Source: a virus. Taken from it: a stretch of DNA of 64,000 bases. The stretch's first letter is position 1; each line of letters begins with the position of its first letter. The notes beneath the pieces are model-generated. The model was not told where the DNA came from, did not search any database, and worked only from the letters and a program-made list of their open reading frames with translations. Below, in pieces: positions 45,739 through 57,500 of the stretch. The stretch lies in IMG/VR virus record IMGVR_UViG_3300020463_002275, positions 96,001 to 160,000 of that record; one strand, 5' to 3'. A program made the translations under genes and the position numbers.

Positions 45739-46434
45739 ATGAACAAAACTTTTACAGTAACTTACGCAGATGAGCCGTATAAAACGACCACTGCGAAAGG
45801 AAATACGTTTGAATGTACGTATACAGGTCCAAGATGGATCTTAGCACAAGTCGACAAAGATGACGACCAAGTTAGAGAAGCAGGACGTAGTGATTCGTCA
45901 GCAGACGATACAGCGTTAGATGCATCTGGTTACGAGCCAGATGAATATGATTACATCGTAATGGATGCTAACGAAAGCGACGATATGGCTATGCGTTGTG
46001 CATTTATTACAGATGAATACACACACCCAGATGTAGCAGATTATTCAGAAGAAATCACTGATGCAGATGGCGTCAAGTACACATGGGAACATGTATATGA
46101 AGGTACAACTGGCATGTTAGCACACATTTATGTAAGTGACAGCCTATTATACAATCATGAATCAAAAACTTGGAGAAATCCGGTTTTACGTGAGCATAAC
46201 AACGCAAGAGATGATACATTGGCTACATGGGCCGCAATGGCCGCAGGTATTAGACGTGCATTATCATCAGCAGGTGACGCACACAATAACTTAACAGATG
46301 CCGAAAAGAAAACATTAGGTGATCATGCTACATGGTTAGAGTCTATTCCAACAAAATATGCAGATATTAATCATTGGAAAATTCCTTATCCAGATACAGT
46401 ATTACCAAATTATGTAGATCCAGCGGATCAATAA
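45739..46434 (+). CDS. Putative tail fibre assembly chaperone
   Basis: C-terminal ...ATWLESIP...W.IPYP resembles the fibre chaperone motif (W..YRQALRDLP...WP); follows the Cys-rich genes. Confidence 0.45.
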   Translation: MNKTFTVTYADEPYKTTTAKGNTFECTYTGPRWILAQVDKDDDQVREAGRSDSSADDTALDASGYEPDEYDYIVMDANESDDMAMRCAFITDEYTHPDVADYSEEITDADGVKYTWEHVYEGTTGMLAHIYVSDSLLYNHESKTWRNPVLREHNNARDDTLATWAAMAAGIRRALSSAGDAHNNLTDAEKKTLGDHATWLESIPTKYADINHWKIPYPDTVLPNYVDPADQ

Positions 46435-46460
46435 AAACTAAAATTTCTATATCCAATCTT

Positions 46461-46510
46461 AATCGGATTCAACAGTATTTTTTATAACTATTGTTGAGTC
46501 CGATTTTTTT
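46461..46510 (+). terminator. Strong hairpin plus U-tract terminator
   Basis: AATCGGATTCAACAG / TTGTTGAGTCCGATT (15 bp with 2 G-U) then TTTTT. Confidence 0.75.
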
Positions 46511-46526
46511 ATGGAGACAATTATAG

Positions 46527-47495
46527 ATGACTAGAAGTAAAGCATTTTTTCTAAACGGTGGCGCAGGACGTATGCTATGTTCAATACCTGCACTTGAATT
46601 ATATGAACAAAAGTCAGGTGATAAAGATTTTGTAATAGTATGTGAAGGCGGTACTGACATGTTTAAAGGTCATCCTAAATTACATAAACGTGCATACGAT
46701 CCTTGGCACAAAAACTTATTTGAAGATATTATCAAGCATAGACAGGTAGTAAATCCAGAACCATATCAAGTATGGGAATATTACAATCAAAAATGTAATT
46801 TATCACAAGCATTTGATATATTACTAAATGATAAGGGTGTAAGAAAATTAGATAAACCTTATATTAATTTAAGCAAAGACGAAATGCTAGTTGGAAGAAA
46901 ACTAGTAAACGAAGTTAAAGAAAAAATTAAAAAAGAAAAAGTAATTGTAGTTCAGCCGTTTGGACGAGGAATCGAAATAATGGACGATACTCCAATTGAC
47001 ACTACTGCACGTAGTTTTGAATTCAAAGATTTAAAATCATTACTTAAAAAATTAGAAAAAGATTATGCTATTGTAATGATGAGTGAAATGAAAATGGAAC
47101 TAAAAGGCGAAGGTATTAAACAAGAAGTAGCAATGCCTGAAGGACTGTCGTTACGCCAGTGGGCAGGAATGATAAAATTTTGCGATCATTTTTTAGGTTG
47201 TGACAGTGTAGGACAACATTTAGCATATGCAGTTGGTACTCCAACCACAGCAGTAATTGGTGCAACTTTTCCTAGCAACGTAAGTTATCCAGGTAAAGAA
47301 GGAATCAAAGTTATTGACTTAGGAATGAATGATAGATTATATGATCCTATTAGAATTACAGTAGATGAAACTGTTAACAGACATAACGAAAAACTTATGC
47401 AAATGGATGATGCTATTCAAGATTATGTAATTGGTGTAATTAAAGGCGAAATTGATCCAGACGCAGAGGAAAAAACTGCTGAAGCAAAAAAATGA
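46527..47495 (+). CDS. GT9 (heptosyltransferase-like) glycosyltransferase
   Basis: VVQPFG, LRQWAGMIKFCDHFLGCDSVGQHLAYAVGTPT is a GT-B/GT9 C-terminal motif. Confidence 0.7.
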   Translation: MTRSKAFFLNGGAGRMLCSIPALELYEQKSGDKDFVIVCEGGTDMFKGHPKLHKRAYDPWHKNLFEDIIKHRQVVNPEPYQVWEYYNQKCNLSQAFDILLNDKGVRKLDKPYINLSKDEMLVGRKLVNEVKEKIKKEKVIVVQPFGRGIEIMDDTPIDTTARSFEFKDLKSLLKKLEKDYAIVMMSEMKMELKGEGIKQEVAMPEGLSLRQWAGMIKFCDHFLGCDSVGQHLAYAVGTPTTAVIGATFPSNVSYPGKEGIKVIDLGMNDRLYDPIRITVDETVNRHNEKLMQMDDAIQDYVIGVIKGEIDPDAEEKTAEAKK

Positions 47496-48352
47496 CCCGA
47501 CTATACGTTTTAGGTTGTTCGTTTACTAATTATGCTTGGCCTACTTGGGCAGACATGCTAGGCTTAGAATTTGATGAATGGGAAAATTGGGCATTTCCGG
47601 GATTAGGAAACAGAGCAATAGCAGAACGTGTTGCCGAAATTCACGCAAAAAATAATTTAACAAAAGACGATACTGTTATAATACAGTGGACCAGTCATTT
47701 AAGACATGACTGGCATGCAACTGATACCAGACATCAAGACAATGCAGGCTGGAAAACTTCAGGAAGTTTGTTTAACTATATCAATCAAGAAATATTTGAT
47801 GAAAAATGGATTAAAACTTTTTGGTCTGAACCTAGTTATATGATGCATACATTTAACAATATACTATTAACACAAGAATTTTTAAACGGTATAGGATGTA
47901 ATTGGCGAATGACAAGTATGGGATATATTAATAAAATGAATAGTGATTATCCTGATGGAGAACACGGAGAACAAACTTCGGATATTGATGTGTGGGACAG
48001 TCATCCTAATTTACAAGTGTATAAAAAAGTTTTTAAAGATAAATCAAAATGGATTAAACCAGTAGGAACATTTGCTTGGAATCATAAATCAAAGCCGTAT
48101 AAATTTAAATCTATGCAAGATCAAGCAGTGTTTGCATTAGACAGGCATCCTACTATTACACAACATAAAGACTATTTAAACAAACATATTTTACCTAGTC
48201 TAGGTATAAGCCAAAAACAAACCGAAAAAGTAGATTATTGGATAGATACTGTTAGTAATGCATATGAAACTAGTCATAGGGATTTTGATTTGTTTTGTGA
48301 AACACTTGATAAAGAAATAAGTGATCGTAATAACCATTACAGAGGATTTTAA
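47492..48352 (+). CDS. SGNH/GDSL-like hydrolase or acyltransferase
   Basis: LGCSFT (block I), GLGN (block II), DRHPT (block V D-x-H). Confidence 0.55.
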   Translation: MTRLYVLGCSFTNYAWPTWADMLGLEFDEWENWAFPGLGNRAIAERVAEIHAKNNLTKDDTVIIQWTSHLRHDWHATDTRHQDNAGWKTSGSLFNYINQEIFDEKWIKTFWSEPSYMMHTFNNILLTQEFLNGIGCNWRMTSMGYINKMNSDYPDGEHGEQTSDIDVWDSHPNLQVYKKVFKDKSKWIKPVGTFAWNHKSKPYKFKSMQDQAVFALDRHPTITQHKDYLNKHILPSLGISQKQTEKVDYWIDTVSNAYETSHRDFDLFCETLDKEISDRNNHYRGF

Positions 48353-48355
48353 ATT

Positions 48356-50158
48356 ATGAGTAAACCAGTTTGGATAGCAGGTATAGCAAGAGGACATAAC
48401 GCAGGCGTATGTTTATTAAAAGACGGCGAAGTAATATTTGCTGTTGAAGAAGAACGTTTAAGCAGACAAAAATACGACGGTGGACCATTTGCAAGTATAG
48501 TGAAAATACTTGAATATACAGATAAGTTAGATTATCTTGTTGTTGCCCATACACAAAAATTACAAGAAACAGCAGGTAGAGTTGATTATAGTGGTGATGA
48601 TGTTTACACAGGATTAGCACGTAAATTAGGTTTGATTGATAAAAAGAAAAATGCAACAACATATGAGCATCCACAAGTAATTGACCTTGCATTTATGCAT
48701 CACAAACTTCATAGTGCTTGTGCATTTTATCGTTCAGGATTTGATAGTGCAGTAAGTGTTATTGTAGACGGAGCAGGAACTTTTGTTCCTATTGGCGTTA
48801 ATAATGAACAAGTAATGAGTTGGGAAGTAGAAAGTATTATTGATTGTGATTATCCGGCTACATTTAATACTATGCATAAAGTTTACGGTACAAGAGACCC
48901 TATACCAGGCGGCGTTGTTCAAATGGACAGTACACAGTTTGGTGAGAACGGACGTACACACTCAGCAATAGTAAGTGATAGAGCAGGTATTGTTAAAGCA
49001 TATGAAGCGGCAACTATGTACTGCGGATGGCAAAGTATTGAAGCAGGAAAAACTATGGGACTATTTCCATACGGAAAACCTAACGATAAATTTCCAAAAC
49101 TTTTTGATGACACAACAGATTATCCATTAACAAATAGAAATATTGTTGTTCCAAATTATCCTAATGGTGCAATGATTAATGCAGGGTTATATGGAGAACT
49201 TGCACAATCAGGAAAGTCACCAGAAGATGATTTAACTCTATTGCAGAATAGAAGAGATATTGCATATGCTGTACAAACAGAAACACAAGAACAAGTAACT
49301 GCTTTAATTAGAAATGCTGTAGAACTATCAGGTAAAAAAAATGTAGTAATTAGTGGAGGTTATGGACTTAATTGTGTTGCTAACTATCACTACCTAGAAC
49401 AATTAAAAGATGAAGGTATTAAAATTTATGTTGAACCTGTAAGTAATGATGCCGGCACAGCAATGGGTGCCGCTATGATGTTTTGGTATGGATTAGAAGA
49501 CGAAACTGAAACACGTCAAACACAAACATTATATCTTGGACCGCACAACAATTATACAAAAGAAGATATTATAACAAAAGCAGAAGAAGCAGGTGTAGAA
49601 TTAACAGATGCAACTCATAAAGATGTTGTAAAATTAATTACTGATAGAAATATTGTAACAATTTTCCAAGGACAAAGTGAAAATGGTCCTAGAGCATTAG
49701 GTAATAGAAGTGTTTTATATGATCCAACAGATCCAGATGGTAAGGATCATGTTAACAAAGTTAAACATAGAGAATACTTCCGTCCATTTGCAGGTAGTAT
49801 ACTACAAGATGATGTACATGAATGGTTTGATTTACGCGGCATGGAAGATAGTCCTAGCATGATGTATGCTGTTAACTGTCAACCAGGCGTGGAAGAAAAA
49901 ATTCCTGCTATTATCCATGTTGATGGAACATGTAGAATTCAAACTGTAACACAAGAACAAAACAAACATTACTATGATTTGATTAAAGAATTCAAAAATC
50001 AAACAGGTTGCCCAATTATTTTCAATACTAGTTTTAATTTAGGAGGAGAACCACTAGTTGAAACAGTTGAAGATGCTATTTGGACCTTACAAAATAGTGA
50101 TATTGAATACCTTTACCTACCAGAATTTAATAAATTAATTACGGTTAAAAACACATAG
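48356..50158 (+). CDS. Carbamoyltransferase (NodU/CmcH/TobZ family)
   Basis: EEERLSRQK, HHxxHSACAF, GKTMGLFPYG, SGGYGLNCVAN, GPRALGNRS, VKHREYFRPFA, NTSFNLGGEP. Confidence 0.92.
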   Translation: MSKPVWIAGIARGHNAGVCLLKDGEVIFAVEEERLSRQKYDGGPFASIVKILEYTDKLDYLVVAHTQKLQETAGRVDYSGDDVYTGLARKLGLIDKKKNATTYEHPQVIDLAFMHHKLHSACAFYRSGFDSAVSVIVDGAGTFVPIGVNNEQVMSWEVESIIDCDYPATFNTMHKVYGTRDPIPGGVVQMDSTQFGENGRTHSAIVSDRAGIVKAYEAATMYCGWQSIEAGKTMGLFPYGKPNDKFPKLFDDTTDYPLTNRNIVVPNYPNGAMINAGLYGELAQSGKSPEDDLTLLQNRRDIAYAVQTETQEQVTALIRNAVELSGKKNVVISGGYGLNCVANYHYLEQLKDEGIKIYVEPVSNDAGTAMGAAMMFWYGLEDETETRQTQTLYLGPHNNYTKEDIITKAEEAGVELTDATHKDVVKLITDRNIVTIFQGQSENGPRALGNRSVLYDPTDPDGKDHVNKVKHREYFRPFAGSILQDDVHEWFDLRGMEDSPSMMYAVNCQPGVEEKIPAIIHVDGTCRIQTVTQEQNKHYYDLIKEFKNQTGCPIIFNTSFNLGGEPLVETVEDAIWTLQNSDIEYLYLPEFNKLITVKNT

Positions 50159-50208
50159 TTGCCTTTTATCAAACTCCGATAAATACTATAAAGCGAGTTT
50201 GAATCATT

Positions 50209-50595
50209 ATGGATATACTAAAATACTTAAAACAAGGTTTGCGTGGTACTATAAATGTGTACGACAGTCATTTTTCTTACGGTAGCACTTGGCAAGCAGT
50301 AGAGAGTGCTTTACCACTAGATAGATGGTATCAAGGTGATTTTGCTAGTGCGGAATACACCATTAGCATTGAACTTGGTACAGATAAAAAAGAAATTATA
50401 AAATGTTTATTGACGGCTTCACCGAATGAAGCAAGCGTAGTAGTGTATGGTAGAGCAAGCACAACTACTGATTTAGTTAGTGTAACTGCACAGGTTACTA
50501 ATTCTTATGTTGAACTAATATTAAGTCCTAAAACTGATGCTCAAAAGGGCTGTAAAGCATCATTTAGCGCCACATATTTTAAGAGTCATACCTAA
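50209..50595 (+). CDS. Hypothetical virion protein
   Basis: 128-aa ORF after late promoter 50178. Confidence 0.55.
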   Translation: MDILKYLKQGLRGTINVYDSHFSYGSTWQAVESALPLDRWYQGDFASAEYTISIELGTDKKEIIKCLLTASPNEASVVVYGRASTTTDLVSVTAQVTNSYVELILSPKTDAQKGCKASFSATYFKSHT

Positions 50596-50633
50596 ATCAT
50601 TGTTAGATAAATATATAAAACTGGAGTGCTAAA

Positions 50634-51566
50634 GTGGCCGTAGAAGAACGTCAATTTGAATCAGAATTTGGGTTTAAAAGTCCTGGATTTACTGTAGATA
50701 AATTAGGTAATATAACTGCAACATCTATCAATGCGGCAGGAGCAGGTGGCGGAGGAAGTGCATCAGGCGACTTTTCTGTTGCTGAAAGTGGCGGAAATTT
50801 CATAGTTACAAGTAATACAGTTATTGTAGGTAGTGGTGCTAATCCTACACTTGCATTTGTGCGTGGACAAGAATATAGTTTTACACTAAATTTATCTGCC
50901 GCACCAATTTCATTTAATATTTTAGATTCAACAGGCTTAGTAAGATACAACGACGGAATACAACATCAGGCAGAAGATGGTACAACATCAACCGGTGCGG
51001 CGGCACAAGGTTTTTCATCAGGTAAAGTTGTGTTTACTGTTCCTAATACTGCACCAGATACATTGTATTATGGTAATTCTAGTGGAAGTGTTAGAGGAGT
51101 TATAAACATTGCCGATCCACTTGCAGTTGATGCAACATTTGCTAATCTTACAGCAACAGGAACGACAAGTTTACAAACCTTAACAACAACAGCACTTACA
51201 TTAAATGGCAATGGTACTGTTACAGGTGACTTAGCAGTACAAGGAAAGTTGACAGGAGATTCATTAAGTGTAAATGGATTAGGTGTTGCAGAATTTAATG
51301 CAGGAACAAATATTGTTTTACGTGCAGGAAACAAATTAGATTTTATAATAAATGATGCTATTGTAGGAAAAATAGACAGTAACGGATCAACTGTTGCAGT
51401 AGTTGATACAACAGTTAACAATACAACTATTGGTGCTACTACAGCATCAACAGGAGCATTTACTTCTGGAACCGTTGCTAGCCAACCAACAACAGCAAAT
51501 GGCATAAGTAATAAGAAGTATGTAGATAACACATCAACAGCATTAGCGATTGCACTTGGGGTATAA
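50634..51566 (+). CDS. Virion structural protein with a ligand-less cupredoxin-like module
   Basis: PTLAFVRGQEYSF...VFTVPNTAPDTLYY; NKKYVD and ALAIALG C-terminus. Confidence 0.6.
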   Translation: MAVEERQFESEFGFKSPGFTVDKLGNITATSINAAGAGGGGSASGDFSVAESGGNFIVTSNTVIVGSGANPTLAFVRGQEYSFTLNLSAAPISFNILDSTGLVRYNDGIQHQAEDGTTSTGAAAQGFSSGKVVFTVPNTAPDTLYYGNSSGSVRGVINIADPLAVDATFANLTATGTTSLQTLTTTALTLNGNGTVTGDLAVQGKLTGDSLSVNGLGVAEFNAGTNIVLRAGNKLDFIINDAIVGKIDSNGSTVAVVDTTVNNTTIGATTASTGAFTSGTVASQPTTANGISNKKYVDNTSTALAIALGV

Positions 51567-51569
51567 TTA

Positions 51570-54500
51570 ATGGCAAAGAAAAAGATTAATAATTATAAGT
51601 TTAAACCAGGAATAGGTTATGTAGAGAACCTATATCCAAACGCTTATGCACTTTTAAATTCAAACAAAACATTTTTACAAGCAGAAACAGGACAGTTTAT
51701 AACTTCTAGAGTAAGTGATGCTACAGCATTTCAAGCAGACCTTGTTTCAATGATTGACGACCTAGAACAAGAAATGGTTTTAGGAACTACTGCTACACAA
51801 AGACTTTGGGGATATATTGAAAGTCAAAAAAGTATTAACCAAAAAACAACACGTAAAAGAACTATACAAAGATTAAAAACAGGGTTAACTGCATTAAGTA
51901 ATGTTACAGGTACTTACCAAACAGCAATAGAAACTGCTATAGACGAAATAGTAGATATTGCAGTTAATGGATTTGCAAGTGCGGCAGTAGATTTAACAAC
52001 TTCAGAGCGTACAGGCGAAACAGAAGTTAATATTGGCTATGCTGTTGCTAGAATGAAAAGTAACAGAGCATTTATGATTTCTGAAACAAAAGCATTTATG
52101 GATGCAGATACTCCTGGTAATACTGTAACTACAGCGGCAACTTTTGAAACTGAATTAGGTATTTTAATTGATTGTATTTGTCAAGACGTATCAACAACAG
52201 CAAATAATTTAACTAAAACAATTAATGAAGAAATTTATGTAAACACCACACCAGGAAATAGATCACTTTTAAGTGACGGTATGACTAGACTAGCAACTGT
52301 TATGAAACAAATTGCTGAAGGTGCTACAGTTGCACGTACAACAGGAAATTCTTTAACACAAGACACAAGCGGAACTAGTGCAAACACAGTATTAGGTGAT
52401 AGATGTAGACAACATATATTAGATACACAATCAGTAGTTGCTAACGGTACAACATCAAGTTTACCTACACCAGTATATCCAAATTATAGTGATGAACCAG
52501 CACAAGGACAATCAGCCGCTACAGATTTAGAAAATAATAAAACTACTGTTGCTACAAATATTAATGCTTTTTATAACTATACATTTAATCAAGCAAAATG
52601 TGAAAGAGATACAGGATTAATTATTAAATCGTATTTGTTTGATTTAAGATACGGTGGTAATCAAAAAACATATGAATATGCAAGTAAGTATTGGGAACAA
52701 GATGTAGCACAAATTGACGGCACACGCTATCCTGAAACAGATACACATACTTGGCTAACAGAACTTATTAGAGATTATGTTTTTAATAAAACAACATATC
52801 CAAATGAACAAACAGCAACAACACAAACAATTACAGGAACAGACGCAGAAGCAGGCGCAGATACACCAATTACAGATTTAGGTTCTTTAGTAGTAACTAC
52901 TATTGAAGGTGGATTAAGTGCAAGACCAGCATTTGTTGACACTGGAGCAGGTTATATTAAATTTCCTGGAAATTATGATTCTAGCGATATATTATTAATT
53001 ACAAACACTACAGACAACGAAGTTATATACTCGTTCAATGATGTAAATAGTGGAGGTGTTACAGAACTTGCTACATCATTTGTTAGTACGAATGATTATG
53101 CATACACAGAAGATGAAGACTTCCCTGCATATCTGCAAACAACAGATGCAATTACAAAAGTTTATTTAAACAAGAATACTGCAAGTATGCTTGCAGAAGA
53201 CAAGTTACAAATTTATGTTGATACAGATGAATTAATTATTAGACCATTTGAATTTGGTACAGATGCTATTGAAAGAAATAGAACTGCTGAACCACAGTCA
53301 ATGCTAGACGCTGACTTTGAGTACGGACTACAGCCTACTAAATGGAGTGCTATTGCAACGATGCGAGGTTATCCATCAGTTTACGAAGTTCCAGGAACTG
53401 AAACAAGTGTTATATCAATCATTTCAGACAGTAGTGCAGGCACAGCAGGAGTTGGTAGTTCATTAATTACAGTAACAACAGCAGGTGCTCACGGATTTGA
53501 ACTTGGTGATGCAATTACAATAAAAGGTTTAAAACAAGACGTACAAGGTTACAGTAGAGCAGAAGGTGCATTTATAATAATTTCAGTACCTAATGCAATT
53601 AGTTTTCAATATTATGCAAAAGCAAAAGTTGGTACAAGTGGAAATGTAAACATTGAAGCAGAAGCAACACAACTTAGACAAGCAGGATTTTATACAGGTG
53701 CTAGTATTGGTGTTCCGGCATTTAGCGTTGAAAGTAATGGTAGTTCAGGTACAATAAGACCAGCACTGACTGTTGGATCAGGCGAAGACGTAATACCATT
53801 TACTGTTACAGTAGGCTTAGCACCAGAGATTGGTGCTCCTTTAACAGCATCATCAGGAATTGCTTTAGGTACACAGGTCACAGGTAGAGTTGGTACAGGA
53901 GGAGTTGCAGTAACTCCAGTTGTAACAGCAGACTATGGTCCGGGATCAACACAAGTTGATGTTCAATCTACTTCAGGCATTCAACAAAATATGGCGGCTA
54001 ACAAAGGTGACGGAACAGCAACACTAGTCAATACTGTTGTAGGAAACACAATTACATTAAGCGATGCTACAACAAATGATATTAAAGGTAACTATGTTAA
54101 TTACACAGCAGTTGAAGGACAAAATATTGTTAGTTTAGGGTTTGGTGCTACGTTTGATGTTAGTAGAGCAGGCGGTAACTACACAATTGATGCTATTGTT
54201 AATTCAGGTCAAGACTATTCGCCCAATGATGTGTTAATAATTCAAGGTGAATTTTTAGGTGGTGTTACACCAACAAACGATTTAACGATTACAGTATCTA
54301 GTGTAGATACAGGTGGAGAAATTTTAACTACTTCTGTAAGTGGTACAGCATTTAATGGTACAGGAAACTTTGGTAATGTTACTGGTACATATTTAAATGG
54401 TAACGGTACAGGCGGTCTTTGGAACATAGGATATACAAACGGAGTGTTTAACAATGTTACACTAAGTAATCCAAGTTTCCCTTCACAAAACGGAACAGTT

Positions 54501-57500
54501 AGTGGCGGTGCTGGTACTGGTGTATTACTTGATTTTGTTGTTACAAACAATACATATGCAGTAACAGTAGATCCAGCAACAGCAGGTGTTACAGGTTATA
54601 GTGTGTATGATATTATTCAAGTTTCAGGTAATAACTTAGGTGGTACTTCACCTAACAATGATGCACAAGTTACTGTAACAAATGTTGATAGTACTGGATA
54701 TCCAACCGGAGTAAGTGTAACAGGTAACGGTGGCAATGCGACAAACAATTTTACTAATGTAACTTATAGCACAAATAATTCAGGTATTGGTGCAAATTTA
54801 AATATCCAAACTAATGGTACAACTTATACTCCAGTGTTTACTGTTACTGGTACAGGATTTGCACAGAATGATACAGTCACAGTATTAGGTACACAAGTTG
54901 GCGGATTAAGTCCTGCAAACGATATTACAATTACAATAGATACAGTTGATACTGGTGGAGAAATTTTAACATTTACTACAACAGGTACAGCAGTTAATAG
55001 TCATTCATATAGTGGTATTGGTAATGGAATAAACTTAGTTGGTAGTGGAGCGGACTTTAATGTTACAATTAACGGACTAAATGAAACTTACGGAGTTACA
55101 GTTGGCAATGCAGGTAATAATTATGCACCTAATCAAACAATTACAATTCCAGGCACACAATTAGGTGGTGCTACTCCAGACAATGATTTAACAATTACAG
55201 TAACAGATGTTGATAACGATTCAACTCTCACAGTAGGTGGTATATTAACCGTTAATGCTACAGGTACAGCAGTTAAATCAACTTCAGGTTATGCAATTGG
55301 TGACAGATTAAAAATAAACGGTAGTTCCTTTACAGGAGGAGCAGATACAACTAACGATGCAATTATTGAAGTTACATCAGTAGACGGTACAGGCGGTATT
55401 ACTAACTATACAACAACTGGTACAGCACCAGACGGAGTACAAACTTATACAGCAGTAACAGGCACAGCAAGTTTAAGCGGTACAAATGCTTCATTTGATG
55501 TAACACGTACTGGGTCAACATATACAGCAGTTTTAAACTTAGCAGGTGCTAACTTTGTTCAAAACGAAACTATTGTAATCTTAGGTACAGATTTAGGCGG
55601 TGCTACAACAGCAAACGATTGTACAATTACAGTTGATAGTGTCGACGGTAGCGGAGCAATCCAAACACTTACGCCAACAGGTACTGCGGCAAATGTAGGA
55701 TTGCTGTCTGAACAATCAGCAGGTAGTATTGTAGGTAATGGTGCAACGTTTAATGTTGCGTTAGCCGCAGGAAGTTATACAACTACACTTGCACAAGCAG
55801 GTCAAGAATATTATCCTGGACAAAAATTCCTAGTAACTGGTAATCTATTAGCAGGTGCTACACCAACAAATGACTTAACAATTACTATTTCAACTGTAAA
55901 TGCAACTGGAGGTATATTAACAGTTTCAGACTCAGGTTCAGCAAGTACAGATGTTGCTAGTTTTGCAAACGTTTCTGCAAACGTAGCAAGTTCAACAGGT
56001 AACGGATTTAGTTTAGATATTTTAAGAGATGGTACTACTGCTGATAGTAGTGTAGGAACATATACATTTAGTTTAAATCAAGGTGGAAGTAATTATCAAA
56101 TAAGTGATAAGATAAAAATTGGTGGAGAAAATTTAGGAGGCCAAGGCAGTATACATGATGTACAAATTGTTGTAGATAGTATAGATAGTGCAGGAGCAGT
56201 GCTAACATTTACAGCAACAGGAGATGCTTTTGCAGGTACTTCGTTTGACTTATACAGTACAGTTACAGTTGATACTCCAACTACCGGCCAACTAGCAACT
56301 TCATTAGACATATCATTTAGTGCATTGGCTACATTACGAATTAACTTTGATTCAGCACATGGTTTAGTACCAGGTGATACATTTATTACTACGGTTGATT
56401 CAGACGATGGCAGTAACAATCATGATTTAGCGGCAGGTTCGTTTATTGCAACAGCAATACCAAGTGCAACATCACTTACATTTACTGCTAGAGCGGCAGG
56501 AACTATTGATGCTACAAGCGATAATATTAACGGTACGGTTTATCCAAGACCAGATTCATTCTTTATTCACAGACCATTTGACGGTGGTGTGCAATTAGGT
56601 ACTGGCGGTCCACAACATGGCGCACAAGCAATACGTCAAAGTAAAAAATATATTAGATACCAATCAGGTAAAGGCATCATGTACACAACAGGTGCGTTGT
56701 TTGCTCCAAGTTATGACTTGAGAAGTATAACAGCAAGTGGTGTAGAAATTGGTGCAACAATTACTGTAACTTGTGATGATAATGATCATGGTTTACAGAT
56801 TGGTTCAAGCATAAAATTAATTGGCATTGAAACTGTAGGATATAACGGAACATATACAGTTAATGATGTAATTGATGAGCGTACATTTGAAGTAATTAAC
56901 ACCCTCAACAGACTAGGTAACACTACTGCGGTTTTAAGTTTTGGTGCTCAAATGTCAACATATCAGTGGCACGGTGCAACTGTACGTTCGGGTGTGTTTG
57001 ATGATCAAAACGGCATTTATTGGGAATATGATGGCACAAACTTATTATGCTGTCAGCGTACTTCAACTAAACAAATTTCAGGCACAGGGGCAATAACACC
57101 AGATACAAACACCGTTACTGGAACAAACACAAGATTTAGAGATCAATTAAAAGCAGGTGATAGAATTGTTATACGTGGTATGACCCATGTTGTAAGTGCA
57201 GTTACTACACAAACACAAATGACAGTAACACCAGACTATAGAGGTGTAAACACAGCAGTAGGTACTAAAATATGTTTAGTTGCTGATAAAAAAGTTAGAC
57301 AAAAAGACTGGAACCTAGATAGAATGGACGGCACTGGTCCAAGTGGTTATAATTTTGATCCTGCTAAAATGCAGATGATAGGAATTGAATATTCATGGTA
57401 TGGTGCTGGTTTTATTGATTATATGGTGCGTGGTGCAGACGGTAACTTTGTATATGGACATAGAATTAGAAATTCAAATGTCAATACTGAAGCATATATG

